A stretch of 64,000 nt of DNA from a virus. Its lineage: Duplodnaviria > Caudoviricetes. A program made the translations under genes and the position numbers. The stretch lies in IMG/VR virus record IMGVR_UViG_3300031555_002578; one strand, given 5' to 3'. Each line of letters starts with the position of its first letter. Position 1 is the stretch's first letter. Under the pieces are notes generated by a model, which saw nothing but the letters and a program-made list of their open reading frames with translations, did no database searches and was not told the DNA's origin. Positions 1-11,721 of the stretch are shown piece after piece.

Positions 1-1759
<1,759 letters not shown>

Positions 1760-2064
1760 TTTAAATCTCTCCTTTTTAATTTAATCCCAAATACCAGTTA
1801 CATTTGTTCCATTGATGCTATGTTCAACAGAAATCGCAATGATATCTCTAGGTGGGGTACTTAATACATATCTTGTATTTTCTTTTGTTTTTGAATTAAT
1901 TTTTGCTAATGCCAATACTACTTTTCCCATTGCTTCTTCATCGTTATTAGCATCAACAAACAAAGTATGGTTAGATGCTTCGTTAGAATAAAACCATTCA
2001 CCATCTGATAATCTTTGTTTTCTGTGTGTAGCCATATACAAACCCATTTATCTCACCTCACAAA

Positions 2065-2787
2065 TCATTTATTAAAAAATTTATTTATAGTAACGCCACT
2101 TTCCATTTTAGTAAATTCTTTTAATGGCATTTTTCCACCATGTTTATATTCGATACTTTTAGTTGTCATGTCATCTGAAATCATGTAGTATGTATTATGT
2201 TCAATTTTTGTAATCAAATATAATTTTCCATTTGGAAGATATGTAATTACATCTCCTTCTTTTACAACACTATAATTTATATAATGCTCATAAATAGAAA
2301 TTGTTTCTTCCATACTATATTGATAAACAATTTGACCAATCAGTTCTTCACGATTCTTAAATCTATCTGATTCATCAAAACCAAACATTTCTAAAATTAC
2401 ATAGTAATCAAGTTTGTGAAGTTCTTCTAATGTATTGTAATATGTAAAATCTGATTTATTATTGTTTGCAGATGTCGTTCTTTTTTCTGGATAAAAAGTG
2501 CATTTAGATTCATTTCCTTCACAATCACATGATTCACGTTCTTTAGTGCCATAGCAAACATCTTTTCCATATTCTTGCTTATAACATGAACATTTCCCTG
2601 TGATATATGGTGATGTACTTGGATAACATTCCCAAGTAGTTACTATTGCTTCTTCTGTACAAGCATAATCATCTCCATATTCACCATTACCTAAGTTAAT
2701 ATCTATAGAATATTGAAATTCTTCTATTTCATTTACGCCAACAACAGTTGCTTCTAATAGTACTCTATCTCCTTTTTTATACTTCAC
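2065..2787 (-). CDS. Hypothetical protein with Cys-rich central insert
   Basis: 240-aa ORF with RBS; motif CSC..C.GTKE...C.C.G....C.FYPEKR. Confidence 0.7.
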   Translation of the reverse strand: MKYKKGDRVLLEATVVGVNEIEEFQYSIDINLGNGEYGDDYACTEEAIVTTWECYPSTSPYITGKCSCYKQEYGKDVCYGTKERESCDCEGNESKCTFYPEKRTTSANNNKSDFTYYNTLEELHKLDYYVILEMFGFDESDRFKNREELIGQIVYQYSMEETISIYEHYINYSVVKEGDVITYLPNGKLYLITKIEHNTYYMISDDMTTKSIEYKHGGKMPLKEFTKMESGVTINKFFNK

Positions 2788-3318
2788 AATATATTTTCCT
2801 TTCTATCTTATGTATTCACTCTATATGTTCCATATTGTTAACTGGAATAAAATGATTACACTCTACTTTTACTACAAGTGTAGATAATCTTTCCATATAT
2901 GTTTTACCATTACAGAATTCCATATTTGCTAAATCATTTCTGAACAATGATACATCAGACTTGATTCCACAAACTTCATAACTAATACATTGTTCACAAT
3001 CTGGTCTTACAAATTTCAAAATAATCACCTCATTTCTTATTTCCTAATTCGATAAACCAATAAAAAAATCTCACTAAATAAACTACTATTGCACAAATTA
3101 AAAATGAAATTATCATAGAAGGTAAAAATATTAAATTTGCCATAATCATTTGTAGTTTGCCAAAAGCATTTTTATTGTTCCATTTATATGTGAAATTAAT
3201 AAAAGTGATTTCTGGAATAAATTTATTATTTTGACAATATATATTTGTAAAAATATCAATGTAATGTCCACAAGCAACAAAAGATAATGTTATATATATA
3301 AATATATATAAAAAATTA

Positions 3319-4368
3319 TTATACAAAACCTTTCACCACTCTCTCGTTAACAGACATTACAAATTCATCAATCGCATTGTAATCTGGTTTTTCTGGTAAA
3401 GAAGTATGTTCTTTTGCGTATTCCAAACGCTTTTCTAATTCATCAACCATTTCATAAAATTCTGAAATAGGTTGTCTATTGTCATCTAAATATTTGCCAT
3501 TTCTTAAATCCATCAATAATTCATGCTCTTTTTCTCTATATGTAATGATTTCTTCTTTTTCAAGAATATCAAAGCACATATAATACAGTCTAACTAAATG
3601 TGCCATATGTTTTCCAAGTTTATCATGAGCAATGGCATTTTGATTTCTTCTTCCGACTTTAGAATATTCCTTCACAATATTATTCATTTCAGACCACATA
3701 GCCTTATAGTCACGCAAAGGATAATGTTTAAGATTAATGTCCATGAAAATTTCTTTATCAAAATCTTCATTAATTGAATCATCTAAATACAATTTGATTT
3801 CATCAGAATCATATGCAAAAAACTTTTCTGGGAACATATATTCTGCATTTTTAATAGAATTCAGAATATGTTGTTCTCGTTCTGCCTGTTCCACTAATCT
3901 TACTGCTTTATTATCCAAACGCCGTAACTGGGAATTTGCATATCCTCCAAAAGAATGAACTGCTTTCTTTGATAAAAACAATCTTTTATTGGATAAAATT
4001 TCCTCTCCAATGGGGTGTAAATACAGATAATGCTCCGATTTTAGCCCCAAAAGTTCACAAGTATTAGGATTTAAGTCACATAATAACTTAATAATTTTGT
4101 TGAAAGAATAAATTACTGTATCAGTATCTTTATGTTCTACTTGTTCAAAATTTTTTCTTGTTAAAATCTCAGATTTTTTATTTAATGCAATACCACGAAT
4201 GTCGATATCAGATTTCCCATCAATATTCATTCCATAAGAATAGCTGCCACCAACACCAAGTAGAATAATGTTATCTCCAAGATGTTCATTTGTTCTAAGA
4301 AAATCATATTCTTTAGATTTAATTACTTCTTTAAAGTTCACATATTTCACTCCCCTACAAGAATCCAA
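3319..4368 (-). CDS. Pol-beta superfamily nucleotidyltransferase (RlaP/YcgL/nrdC.11-like)
   Basis: GGSYSYG..SDIDIRG (GS..DxD) motif, NPN..E motif, C-terminal K.MAHLVRL and SLPEKPD. True start is probably the GTG at VNFKE. Confidence 0.85.
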   Translation of the reverse strand: MDSCRGVKYVNFKEVIKSKEYDFLRTNEHLGDNIILLGVGGSYSYGMNIDGKSDIDIRGIALNKKSEILTRKNFEQVEHKDTDTVIYSFNKIIKLLCDLNPNTCELLGLKSEHYLYLHPIGEEILSNKRLFLSKKAVHSFGGYANSQLRRLDNKAVRLVEQAEREQHILNSIKNAEYMFPEKFFAYDSDEIKLYLDDSINEDFDKEIFMDINLKHYPLRDYKAMWSEMNNIVKEYSKVGRRNQNAIAHDKLGKHMAHLVRLYYMCFDILEKEEIITYREKEHELLMDLRNGKYLDDNRQPISEFYEMVDELEKRLEYAKEHTSLPEKPDYNAIDEFVMSVNERVVKGFV

Positions 4369-4658
4369 ATAGTTCTTTTCTTACTTACTTTGTATTTATC
4401 AATAAACATTGGTCTATCCAATAACATCATTAAATCTTTTCGATTTCTACGAATTTCACTCACTGATGGATATATACCAAGTTCAACTAAAATTTTAGGC
4501 AAAAATCTTTCTTCTGTGAAAAATGTTTTTTCTTTTTCAACATTCTCCCAATCTTCTTCATCTAAAGCGAACATATCTACAGGAGATGCAATAGGTTTTC
4601 CAATTACAATATTTTCAATGTATGCCATAATATCACTCCTTGTCTTTATTAAAAGCAA
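4347..4658 (-). CDS. Hypothetical protein with S4-like segment
   Basis: ILVELGIYPSVSEIRR resembles the S4-like motif at the C-terminus of TyrRS. Confidence 0.5.
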   Translation of the reverse strand: MLLIKTRSDIMAYIENIVIGKPIASPVDMFALDEEDWENVEKEKTFFTEERFLPKILVELGIYPSVSEIRRNRKDLMMLLDRPMFIDKYKVSKKRTIWILVGE

Positions 4659-4942
4659 TTATATTAATACCTTCTATTATTAAAGTAATAGTTGTATACA
4701 ATAACACAAAAATAACTATTATTAACAATGGTGGTAGGAAGAAAAGAGTTATAATAAAAATGATTATATATCCCAATATATTTGCCCTTTTAAATAAATC
4801 ACAATATGTATCAATTAAGTCTTGTAAATCAAATATTTCTAATATAAATGTTACAATTACTCCTGTAAGAGAACTTACAAACAACCATATGATGATTCCA
4901 AGAAATATTATTTCATTCATAAATTTCCCTTCTTTCATAAAA

Positions 4943-4972
4943 ATAGCCCATAGAAAAATACTATGGGCTAAA
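4943..4972 (-). terminator. Intrinsic terminator
   Basis: TAGCCCATAG/CTATGGGCTA hairpin followed by a T-run on the minus strand. Confidence 0.75.
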
Positions 4973-4980
4973 TATCACAC

Positions 4981-5367
4981 TTATTTCAGTCTTGCTTTCA
5001 ACTGTTCAATAGACATATTGTGTAGTTCTTCATCCTCTTTCATTGCAATGATGCTCATAATCTTCTGATTTTCAGCCTTAATTTCTTTTTCTTTTTCTTT
5101 TGCTTCTTTTTCAGCCAATTTAGTAGCAACAATATATTTAATAATAGAAATCTGAACTGTTAGTGCTTCATCTTCTTTTGTTTTTGTTGCCAACAGAGAT
5201 TCTTCTTCTGCTGTTTTTGCCTTTTTATTCAGCACTTTAAAAATAGAATCCAGTTCTGTTACAGACAAATCCCACAGGTCTTCTACAGAGATTGTACCTT
5301 TATAGGGAAATCTCAGTTTATTTCTAACAGCATATTCAAATTTATTTTCCATAATCATATCCTCCAA
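4981..5367 (-). CDS. Conserved large-phage coiled-coil protein
   Basis: FE.A.R.KLRF..KG.ISVEDLWDL motif; directly downstream of the 683-aa gene. Confidence 0.75.
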   Translation of the reverse strand: MEDMIMENKFEYAVRNKLRFPYKGTISVEDLWDLSVTELDSIFKVLNKKAKTAEEESLLATKTKEDEALTVQISIIKYIVATKLAEKEAKEKEKEIKAENQKIMSIIAMKEDEELHNMSIEQLKARLK

Positions 5368-7419
5368 TTAAAATTTAATCTTCATAATGCGTTCAGTTTC
5401 ACCTTTAACTTTTACAACAAGTTCTGCACGTTTTGTAGTAGAGAAACCAAGACCACTCAACTGGTCATCTGTGTCTCTTACAGAACACATTGTTCCCAGT
5501 GCTTCAAGTGCCTGTCTGTGTACATTCCATTCTGCTCCAAGATATTCATTGAACATACCATTAGGATTTTCTGGATTTACGCAATCTTTCAGCATGAAGA
5601 AATAATGTTTATTGCCAATACCTGTCTGTTCATCCCAATAGTTAGGAGAAAGCATCAGCACAGATACAGGAACAAAATTATTTGTATCAATATTCCAAAT
5701 TTTCTGAGAATTATTTACACCTTCTAATTCTCTATCTAAAGAGAATTTACCATCTTTCAGTGTTACCTTTGCTACAGTAACTTTTTCGTTATCTCTTACA
5801 TTTTTACGATGTTCATAAGTATAAATTTCACCATCAAATTCAATTTCTGCTTTGAAACCATCCTTACCACCATTATGAGAAAAGCAATGGACAAACATAT
5901 GATATGTACCACTGTTCATTTTTGTTCTATCTGGATAAATAATGTTTTCTACAGCAGGAACATTCCTTCTAGGATTAATAATATCCACATCCAAAGTACC
6001 TTTAGATGGAGAAGGATGGTTTCTATTACCATAATAGATTTCATAATTCGTAGGTTCAACGCAATGTGCATCATAATCATTTGGATTATATGCATCTAAA
6101 TCATTCCACTGAATAGAGAATCTTAAATCACCATCTACTCTACCACCAGCCGCTTTTACTCTTTCTTTCATAGAACTGTCTGTAATATTGCCAGAGTAAG
6201 CCCAAGAGAAAGGGTTATCCCATTTTAACATAGATTTTGCTTCTGGATTAATAGAAGTAATCAGAGATACAAAATTAGATTTATGTTTGTTTTCAACATA
6301 TGCTTCAATTTCTCTTGCTGTAGGTAGAATTTCAGAAACAAATTTATCGATACTTACTTCTTCTACTTTAGAGAATTTCTTTGTTGTAGATTTAGTGTTC
6401 TTTGCCATCTGAGCAAAAATATCTCCATTTTCAATTCTCTTTGCAGAATCTTTATTAGAGAACAGGATATTGGATACTTTAATATCATCCAAGTTTGCAT
6501 GTCTTCTGGACAAGAATTCCATGAATCCACCTTCAACAATATCTTTTTTCAAAGCATCCAACTGTTTCTGAGTGAACAGACCTTTTGTTCTCTTATAATT
6601 TTCTGGAGCAACAATTCTTTCATACTTAGTTACGGCAACATCCAAAGATTCACCATTACTGATATCTGTCAGTAAAGTACCCATGCTATGATTACGAATT
6701 TTACCTACTGCATCACCAATTTTTGTTGCAGTCAACCATGCCCAGTTTGCTTTTTCATCCTCTGGAACAGTATCATATTCATTTTTATATTTTAAAAATT
6801 CTTCTAAAGCACCTTTCCATTCAGAACCACGATAAATAGAATTTGCATAAATCAATTCAAGAACAACCTTTACACTTTCTGTTGTGATTTCATCCAGAGA
6901 ACGTTTGAATACATTTCTTTTATCTCTAAATGTACCTTTTAGTTCTTCATTAGAATACCTTGTATTGTTAACTACATGTTTTGGCATATCAAAATAAAAG
7001 TGTTCCCATGTAATTGTTTTATCATCGACAACTTCATAGTTCTGTGGTGTACCAATTCTGGATTCTTTTGTATAGTAAATATCAGAAATTACATAAGATT
7101 TTACATATTCTGCCAGTGCATCAAACACAGGCTGATATGTTGTGTCCCCCAGTTCCACATCCCAAATTGTTACTAGTTTATTATCTACAACTGTAACTGC
7201 GTTACCAACACTTTTAATAAAGTGTCGGCAACAAGCACAATCATGTTCTCTGCGTTCCCTAAAAATTTCATTAGTTCCTTCGGGGAAACTGTCAAGATAC
7301 AGTTCCCACATAAATCCTTTGTCCAGATTAATGAAGAACAAAGGTGTATTGTCTTTTGTCATTTCTTTAAAATGCTCCTGCATTTTATCTCTCATTTCAC
7401 CAAAAGTCATATCATTCAC
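5368..7419 (-). CDS. Large conserved phage protein with C-terminal YfaP/DUF2135-like beta domain
   Basis: 683 aa; HDCACCRHF near the N-terminus; DLRFSIQW..DYDAHCVEP..GTLDVDI..VENI motif. Confidence 0.7.
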   Translation of the reverse strand: MNDMTFGEMRDKMQEHFKEMTKDNTPLFFINLDKGFMWELYLDSFPEGTNEIFRERREHDCACCRHFIKSVGNAVTVVDNKLVTIWDVELGDTTYQPVFDALAEYVKSYVISDIYYTKESRIGTPQNYEVVDDKTITWEHFYFDMPKHVVNNTRYSNEELKGTFRDKRNVFKRSLDEITTESVKVVLELIYANSIYRGSEWKGALEEFLKYKNEYDTVPEDEKANWAWLTATKIGDAVGKIRNHSMGTLLTDISNGESLDVAVTKYERIVAPENYKRTKGLFTQKQLDALKKDIVEGGFMEFLSRRHANLDDIKVSNILFSNKDSAKRIENGDIFAQMAKNTKSTTKKFSKVEEVSIDKFVSEILPTAREIEAYVENKHKSNFVSLITSINPEAKSMLKWDNPFSWAYSGNITDSSMKERVKAAGGRVDGDLRFSIQWNDLDAYNPNDYDAHCVEPTNYEIYYGNRNHPSPSKGTLDVDIINPRRNVPAVENIIYPDRTKMNSGTYHMFVHCFSHNGGKDGFKAEIEFDGEIYTYEHRKNVRDNEKVTVAKVTLKDGKFSLDRELEGVNNSQKIWNIDTNNFVPVSVLMLSPNYWDEQTGIGNKHYFFMLKDCVNPENPNGMFNEYLGAEWNVHRQALEALGTMCSVRDTDDQLSGLGFSTTKRAELVVKVKGETERIMKIKF

Positions 7420-7424
7420 GCCCC

Positions 7425-9698
7425 TTAAATATTATTTTCTAAATCATCCATTACCATATTATAATTATGAATCATTGTTTCTGAATCTGCCCCAAATTTC
7501 CATTTATTAATCCATGTTGGCAGATATTCAAGATATTCTTTCTCACTGATATCATCTTCATTATCCATTAAGTAAGCAACGCTACTTACAAGCACTGGAA
7601 TGTTTGATTCACTCAATACTTCTGGATTCTCAATAACTCTATCTGTATAATCAACTAACATATCACAAAGAACAGTAATATATTCCATTGTTTCTTCTTC
7701 AATGAATTCATCTTCAATATATTCCTGCATAGCATCATGACTAATATCTTCTTTTTTATTAATAAGCATCATCGTCTGAATTGCTACTTTAATTAAAGAG
7801 GTTTCATCCATATCAATGCTATTCATTAGTCTTGTTTTTGAAAACTTCTCAACATAATCGCACCAGTTTGAATCTAACACAAAAGTATCTTCGTCATCAC
7901 TATAACCGTCAAAATACATTTTCATTAAAGTTTCCAGATGTTTTACTTTTCTCTGTAATACACTGTTGTCTTTTGTGCTTTTATTTCCGATTGTATTATA
8001 AGTAAATCCGTCAATTTCTGTTTCGCTTAATTCTTCATTAAATGCTTTAATGAATTCTACAAATTGTTCATCAGTAATACCGTATTTACTACATTTATTA
8101 AATAATGCAAACCAAATCTTAGAATGAGTAGAATTAAATACCTTTTCTGTTTCCTCATTTGCAACTTTACTAATTCTTTCAACTAAAGAAATAAAGTTAG
8201 CGTAGGTATCTTCTCTCACTTCTTCTGCAAAATTTTTGCAAGTCACACCGAATTCTTTATTATATTTATCGGGGAAATATGTAAGCATAATACTATCAGT
8301 AACGATTCTACGCATTTCACCTTTCAACTTATTGTTGTTGGTGTAATTAGAACCGACAAAATCTGTTTTAAAAAACTGCATTTCATCAATAATTCTATCG
8401 ATATAAAATGCACAACTTTCATCCATCTCTGTCCAACCATTCTGAGATTTATTCATTGGTCTAGCCCTGTTGAATCTTGCGATATCATAGGCAATCTCAA
8501 TTCTGTCACAGTTCAGATTCATTAATACTGGAATAGGATAATCAAGAATACTTTCCTGTAACTCCTGTGGCAACTGAAAGAATTTTTTACCTCTTACATC
8601 AAAAGTTTTTTCTTCATAAACAGGATTTCCATATTCATCACAACAAATTTCTCCATCTTTTGTCTTTTTTGTAGTCTGATATACAATAAATGGACGCTGA
8701 ACTTTTTTGCTAATAGCAAAATCACCCGCACAGAAAGAATCAATATTATTGCATCTCTGTTTGCCATCAATTAGCCAACGATAAATTAATCCATCTCTGA
8801 TTTCCTCAGACACAATAATCTGAGTAAGTGCTTTGCCCCACATCATATCTACCATTAATTCACTTTTTTCAAAACTATTCCACATGCCAGAATATCTCTG
8901 TAATAAATGGTCATCTCTCCATTCTCTGTTTTTTAATTTTTTTCGCATAGAAGATACAGAGATATTAGTGTCTTTAGTTTTTTCTGATGTGTTCGGTAAA
9001 CTGCTCATGATATCATCTCCTTTTTTCGTACTAAATCCAGAACCATTTCTGCGTAAAATTTTTAATCGTTCATAGGATTTAATTTCCTTTAACTGTAGTT
9101 CATATTGTTTTCTTGTAATTCCTAAAGCATCTTGAATTTCTTGTCCAGTCATGTCTTCCATTTTCATTCTTAGAATTTTATTCTGCAAATCAGATAAACT
9201 AGATAGAAACTTTTCAATATGTTCATCTAGGAATTGATTATTTAATTCTGACGATTCAAAGAAATCTAAACCATCAGATTGATTACATAAAAAATCTCCG
9301 ATTGTAAAAGATTCATCTTCGCCAATCGGAGTTTCTATAGATACTGTTTGGAGATAGTGTACATCCCCATTGTCATCTACAATGCGAGAACTTCGTTTCT
9401 CTGCATTCCTGTACTTGATATTATCTATAATAGCAAGTTTGATTGCACGATAAATGTAACCTTCAAAATTACCTTTTGTTTTATCATATGTAGGTCTGTC
9501 AGCCCTTGGATTTTTAATGGAATCTAAAATGTCTGAAATAGTGTCACCTGCGATAGAGTAAAAATCATCTCTATCTTTTCCAGATATTCCACCATATTTT
9601 GCAATCATTTTGTCAACCATTCGTTGCAATTTGTAGGCATTATCTTTATATAATTCATATATATAATTTTGCATACCTACATCTATTACTCCATCCAT
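7425..9698 (-). CDS. Sigma-70-family factor fused in frame to a DUF262/ParB-like domain
   Basis: N-terminal region-2-like YDKTKGNFEGYIYRAI and region-4 HTH (LSDLQNKILRM..GQEIQDALGIT). C-terminal LQR..W, LIDGKQR and FN..PM motifs. Internal AAGGAG RBS before ATG at 9008. Confidence 0.75.
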   Translation of the reverse strand: MDGVIDVGMQNYIYELYKDNAYKLQRMVDKMIAKYGGISGKDRDDFYSIAGDTISDILDSIKNPRADRPTYDKTKGNFEGYIYRAIKLAIIDNIKYRNAEKRSSRIVDDNGDVHYLQTVSIETPIGEDESFTIGDFLCNQSDGLDFFESSELNNQFLDEHIEKFLSSLSDLQNKILRMKMEDMTGQEIQDALGITRKQYELQLKEIKSYERLKILRRNGSGFSTKKGDDIMSSLPNTSEKTKDTNISVSSMRKKLKNREWRDDHLLQRYSGMWNSFEKSELMVDMMWGKALTQIIVSEEIRDGLIYRWLIDGKQRCNNIDSFCAGDFAISKKVQRPFIVYQTTKKTKDGEICCDEYGNPVYEEKTFDVRGKKFFQLPQELQESILDYPIPVLMNLNCDRIEIAYDIARFNRARPMNKSQNGWTEMDESCAFYIDRIIDEMQFFKTDFVGSNYTNNNKLKGEMRRIVTDSIMLTYFPDKYNKEFGVTCKNFAEEVREDTYANFISLVERISKVANEETEKVFNSTHSKIWFALFNKCSKYGITDEQFVEFIKAFNEELSETEIDGFTYNTIGNKSTKDNSVLQRKVKHLETLMKMYFDGYSDDEDTFVLDSNWCDYVEKFSKTRLMNSIDMDETSLIKVAIQTMMLINKKEDISHDAMQEYIEDEFIEEETMEYITVLCDMLVDYTDRVIENPEVLSESNIPVLVSSVAYLMDNEDDISEKEYLEYLPTWINKWKFGADSETMIHNYNMVMDDLENNI

Positions 9699-9712
9699 CG
9701 GCTTAACCCCCT

Positions 9713-10342
9713 TTATATGTTAAACAACTCTGCCTTTTGTCTTGGGTTATACTTTCTTTTATCTAAAGCAGAAATTTGTTTTTTAATATCCTCAGAAACA
9801 ACTTTTCCTACTTCTTTATCTAAGATAATATTTAATACAGTTAGTTCGTTTTTAATGGAACGTCTTTTAATCATAATCTTTTTAAGTCTTGCATATGCTT
9901 GGTATCCTTGATAAGCATTACAGTTCACAAGTTCAATATAGTGTTCTTCGTCAGATTTCTCTTGGTCTATAACACTTAATTGTTTTCTTAATTCTTCTCT
10001 ACGTTTACTTGCTTCATCAGCCAATCCATTTAGTTCTTCTAACTTGGTTAGCCATTGAGAAACATAATCCGTTTCCATTACCTTTTCAGTATTTTCATTT
10101 AACTGTTCATTAGTTAATGCTTTTACTTCTTTGGGGTCTGCAACAATTACTTGCTGTACTCTAAATATCTTTTTTAAAGGTTTTGGCAAACAGTTTTTAA
10201 GAATATTTTCTGCTTGAACTTTTGTGTAATGTTCTGCCATAGATTCCCCATATGAGGGAACATATTTTCCTTGATGATTACGAAATATAAAACGTTGACC
10301 ATCTGTTAGTATGTAATTTTTTATTTGCGTAATGATAACCAC
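9713..10342 (-). CDS. Hypothetical coiled-coil protein
   Basis: 209 aa; D.EHYIE..NAYQGY..RR.IKNE motif. Confidence 0.7.
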   Translation of the reverse strand: MVIITQIKNYILTDGQRFIFRNHQGKYVPSYGESMAEHYTKVQAENILKNCLPKPLKKIFRVQQVIVADPKEVKALTNEQLNENTEKVMETDYVSQWLTKLEELNGLADEASKRREELRKQLSVIDQEKSDEEHYIELVNCNAYQGYQAYARLKKIMIKRRSIKNELTVLNIILDKEVGKVVSEDIKKQISALDKRKYNPRQKAELFNI

Positions 10343-10367
10343 ATCCTATCTTCCTGTAATTAAGGAG

Positions 10368-10449
10368 TGGAGAAAGAACGACTTGAACGCTCAACTTGGC
10401 AACATATAATCTTCCAAACGCCATGTTTTACCAGTTAAACTACTTCCCC
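10368..10449 (-). tRNA. tRNA-Pro(TGG)-like with about 10-nt insertion in the anticodon loop
   Basis: GGGGAAG/TTTCTCC acceptor, GTTT/AAAC D-stem, TGGCG/TGCCA stem enclosing the 17-nt loop TTTGGAAGATTATATGT, GAGCG-TTCAAGT-CGTTC T-arm. Confidence 0.75.
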
Positions 10450-10550
10450 ATATTGGGCAGATTCTACTGCCCAAAGACTACAGAAAGGAACTACTAGATG
10501 AAAAACAAGAGATTTTACCTAGTATTTTATCGGGTCATCACTCCGACAAA

Positions 10551-10722
10551 GGCAAGATGCATGGAATTGAACCATTCTTAGTGTTTGTGGGCAACCATGT
10601 TTTCTTCAAAATATTGAGCCTACCCTAAAGAAAAGAAGGTTCACACCTCTCTTTCTTAATGGTAGATAAATAATTTAAATACTATTGATTCACTAAGAGC
10701 CTACCGTACAAGGCACATTTGC
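10551..10722 (-). ncRNA. tRNA-capped RNA A (D-arm, T-arm, about 107-nt cargo in place of the anticodon loop)
   Basis: GCAAATG/CAT(C)TTGC acceptor, GCCT/AGGC D-stem, TCTTAGTG/CACTAAGA helix, ATGG-TTCAATT-CCAT T-arm, internal GTGA-tetraloop hairpin. Confidence 0.65.
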
Positions 10723-10933
10723 TTAGTTTATGCCAACCAATCCTCACAGACATAAACATGACCACCTTCTATACACTGTGGTCTTCCCCATCCGTGTTTC
10801 CAAAAAAGAATATAAATGACATTTCCATACAGAAACATCGTATCACCTCAACACATGACGGAATTGAAGTGTTGAGATTTTCAACTGTGGCTAACAGTTG
10901 TTGCATAGATGCCGACAAAACATCTGTGCGTAA

Positions 10934-11006
10934 AGTCGGTAACGAGGGTCGAACTCGCAATCCCCAGAGTGGAAGTCTGGTGTGTTAACCATTACACTAT
11001 ACCGAC
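10934..11006 (-). tRNA. tRNA-Gly(TCC)
   Basis: Full cloverleaf: GTCGGTA/TACCGAC acceptor, CCAGA-CTTCCAC-TCTGG anticodon arm, GTTCGAC T-loop; CCA not encoded. Confidence 0.92.
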
Positions 11007-11274
11007 TTAGAGATAGCGGAGAGAACAAAACCAACACTGTCCTCTCCAAGAATCAATACAAATGATAAGAGGTTAGGTTATTAAAAATAGAAACCGTAAT
11101 AACCTATTAAGGAATTTAAAATTTTAGATTAACAATTAGACTTTGGGCTTACACTGTGCTGACCAGTGTGGATAGTAACCGTACTCAGCCCATGTTACTG
11201 ACGGGGCAGATACCGTCAGTATAAAATAAAAGGATTGAAACAAGAAAGTTAATTAGGCAACACTTTCTGTTTAA

Positions 11275-11357
11275 GGGGCAGTCCTTGAATCGAACAAAGG
11301 TTAAGCCATATATACATTCGTGGTAGTTGTGGTGGAAATGTATACTTTCTTCTGCCC
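11275..11357 (-). ncRNA. tRNA-capped RNA B (no D-arm)
   Basis: GGGCAG/CTGCCC acceptor, TATACATT/AATGTATA helix with 18-nt C/A-rich loop, CTTTG-TTCGATT-CAAGG T-arm. Confidence 0.65.
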
Positions 11358-11441
11358 ATAATGTGATAATCTTTTACACCAAAGACTATCACAAACATTT
11401 TAGAGGAACTACAATGAATTTCATTTAGAATCCGTTGTATA

Positions 11442-11603
11442 GGCATAGTGAAGGAATCGAACCTTCTTAATAGGATAAACACTAAAACGAGGTTTTTATT
11501 TCTAAAGGAATGATATGTACAAAATGCTAAATCATAAAGGAAAGATGATTTTATTCAGTGTGAGTAATAGTGATTTATGCATTTATCCTACTCCATTCTA
11601 TGC
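11442..11603 (-). ncRNA. tRNA-capped RNA C (no D-arm, about 100-nt cargo)
   Basis: GCATAG/CTATGC acceptor, TAGGATAAA/TTTATCCTA helix, GAAGG-TTCGATT-CCTTC T-arm. Confidence 0.7.
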
Positions 11604-11721
11604 ATATTATATAGAATAGGCTGAAAGATTAATTGCCGTTGTAATATATTTGCAGATACATTACGAATCCAACAACCTATTCTATATGGAAGGGGTACAA
11701 TCATGAAATGACTTCCGATGA

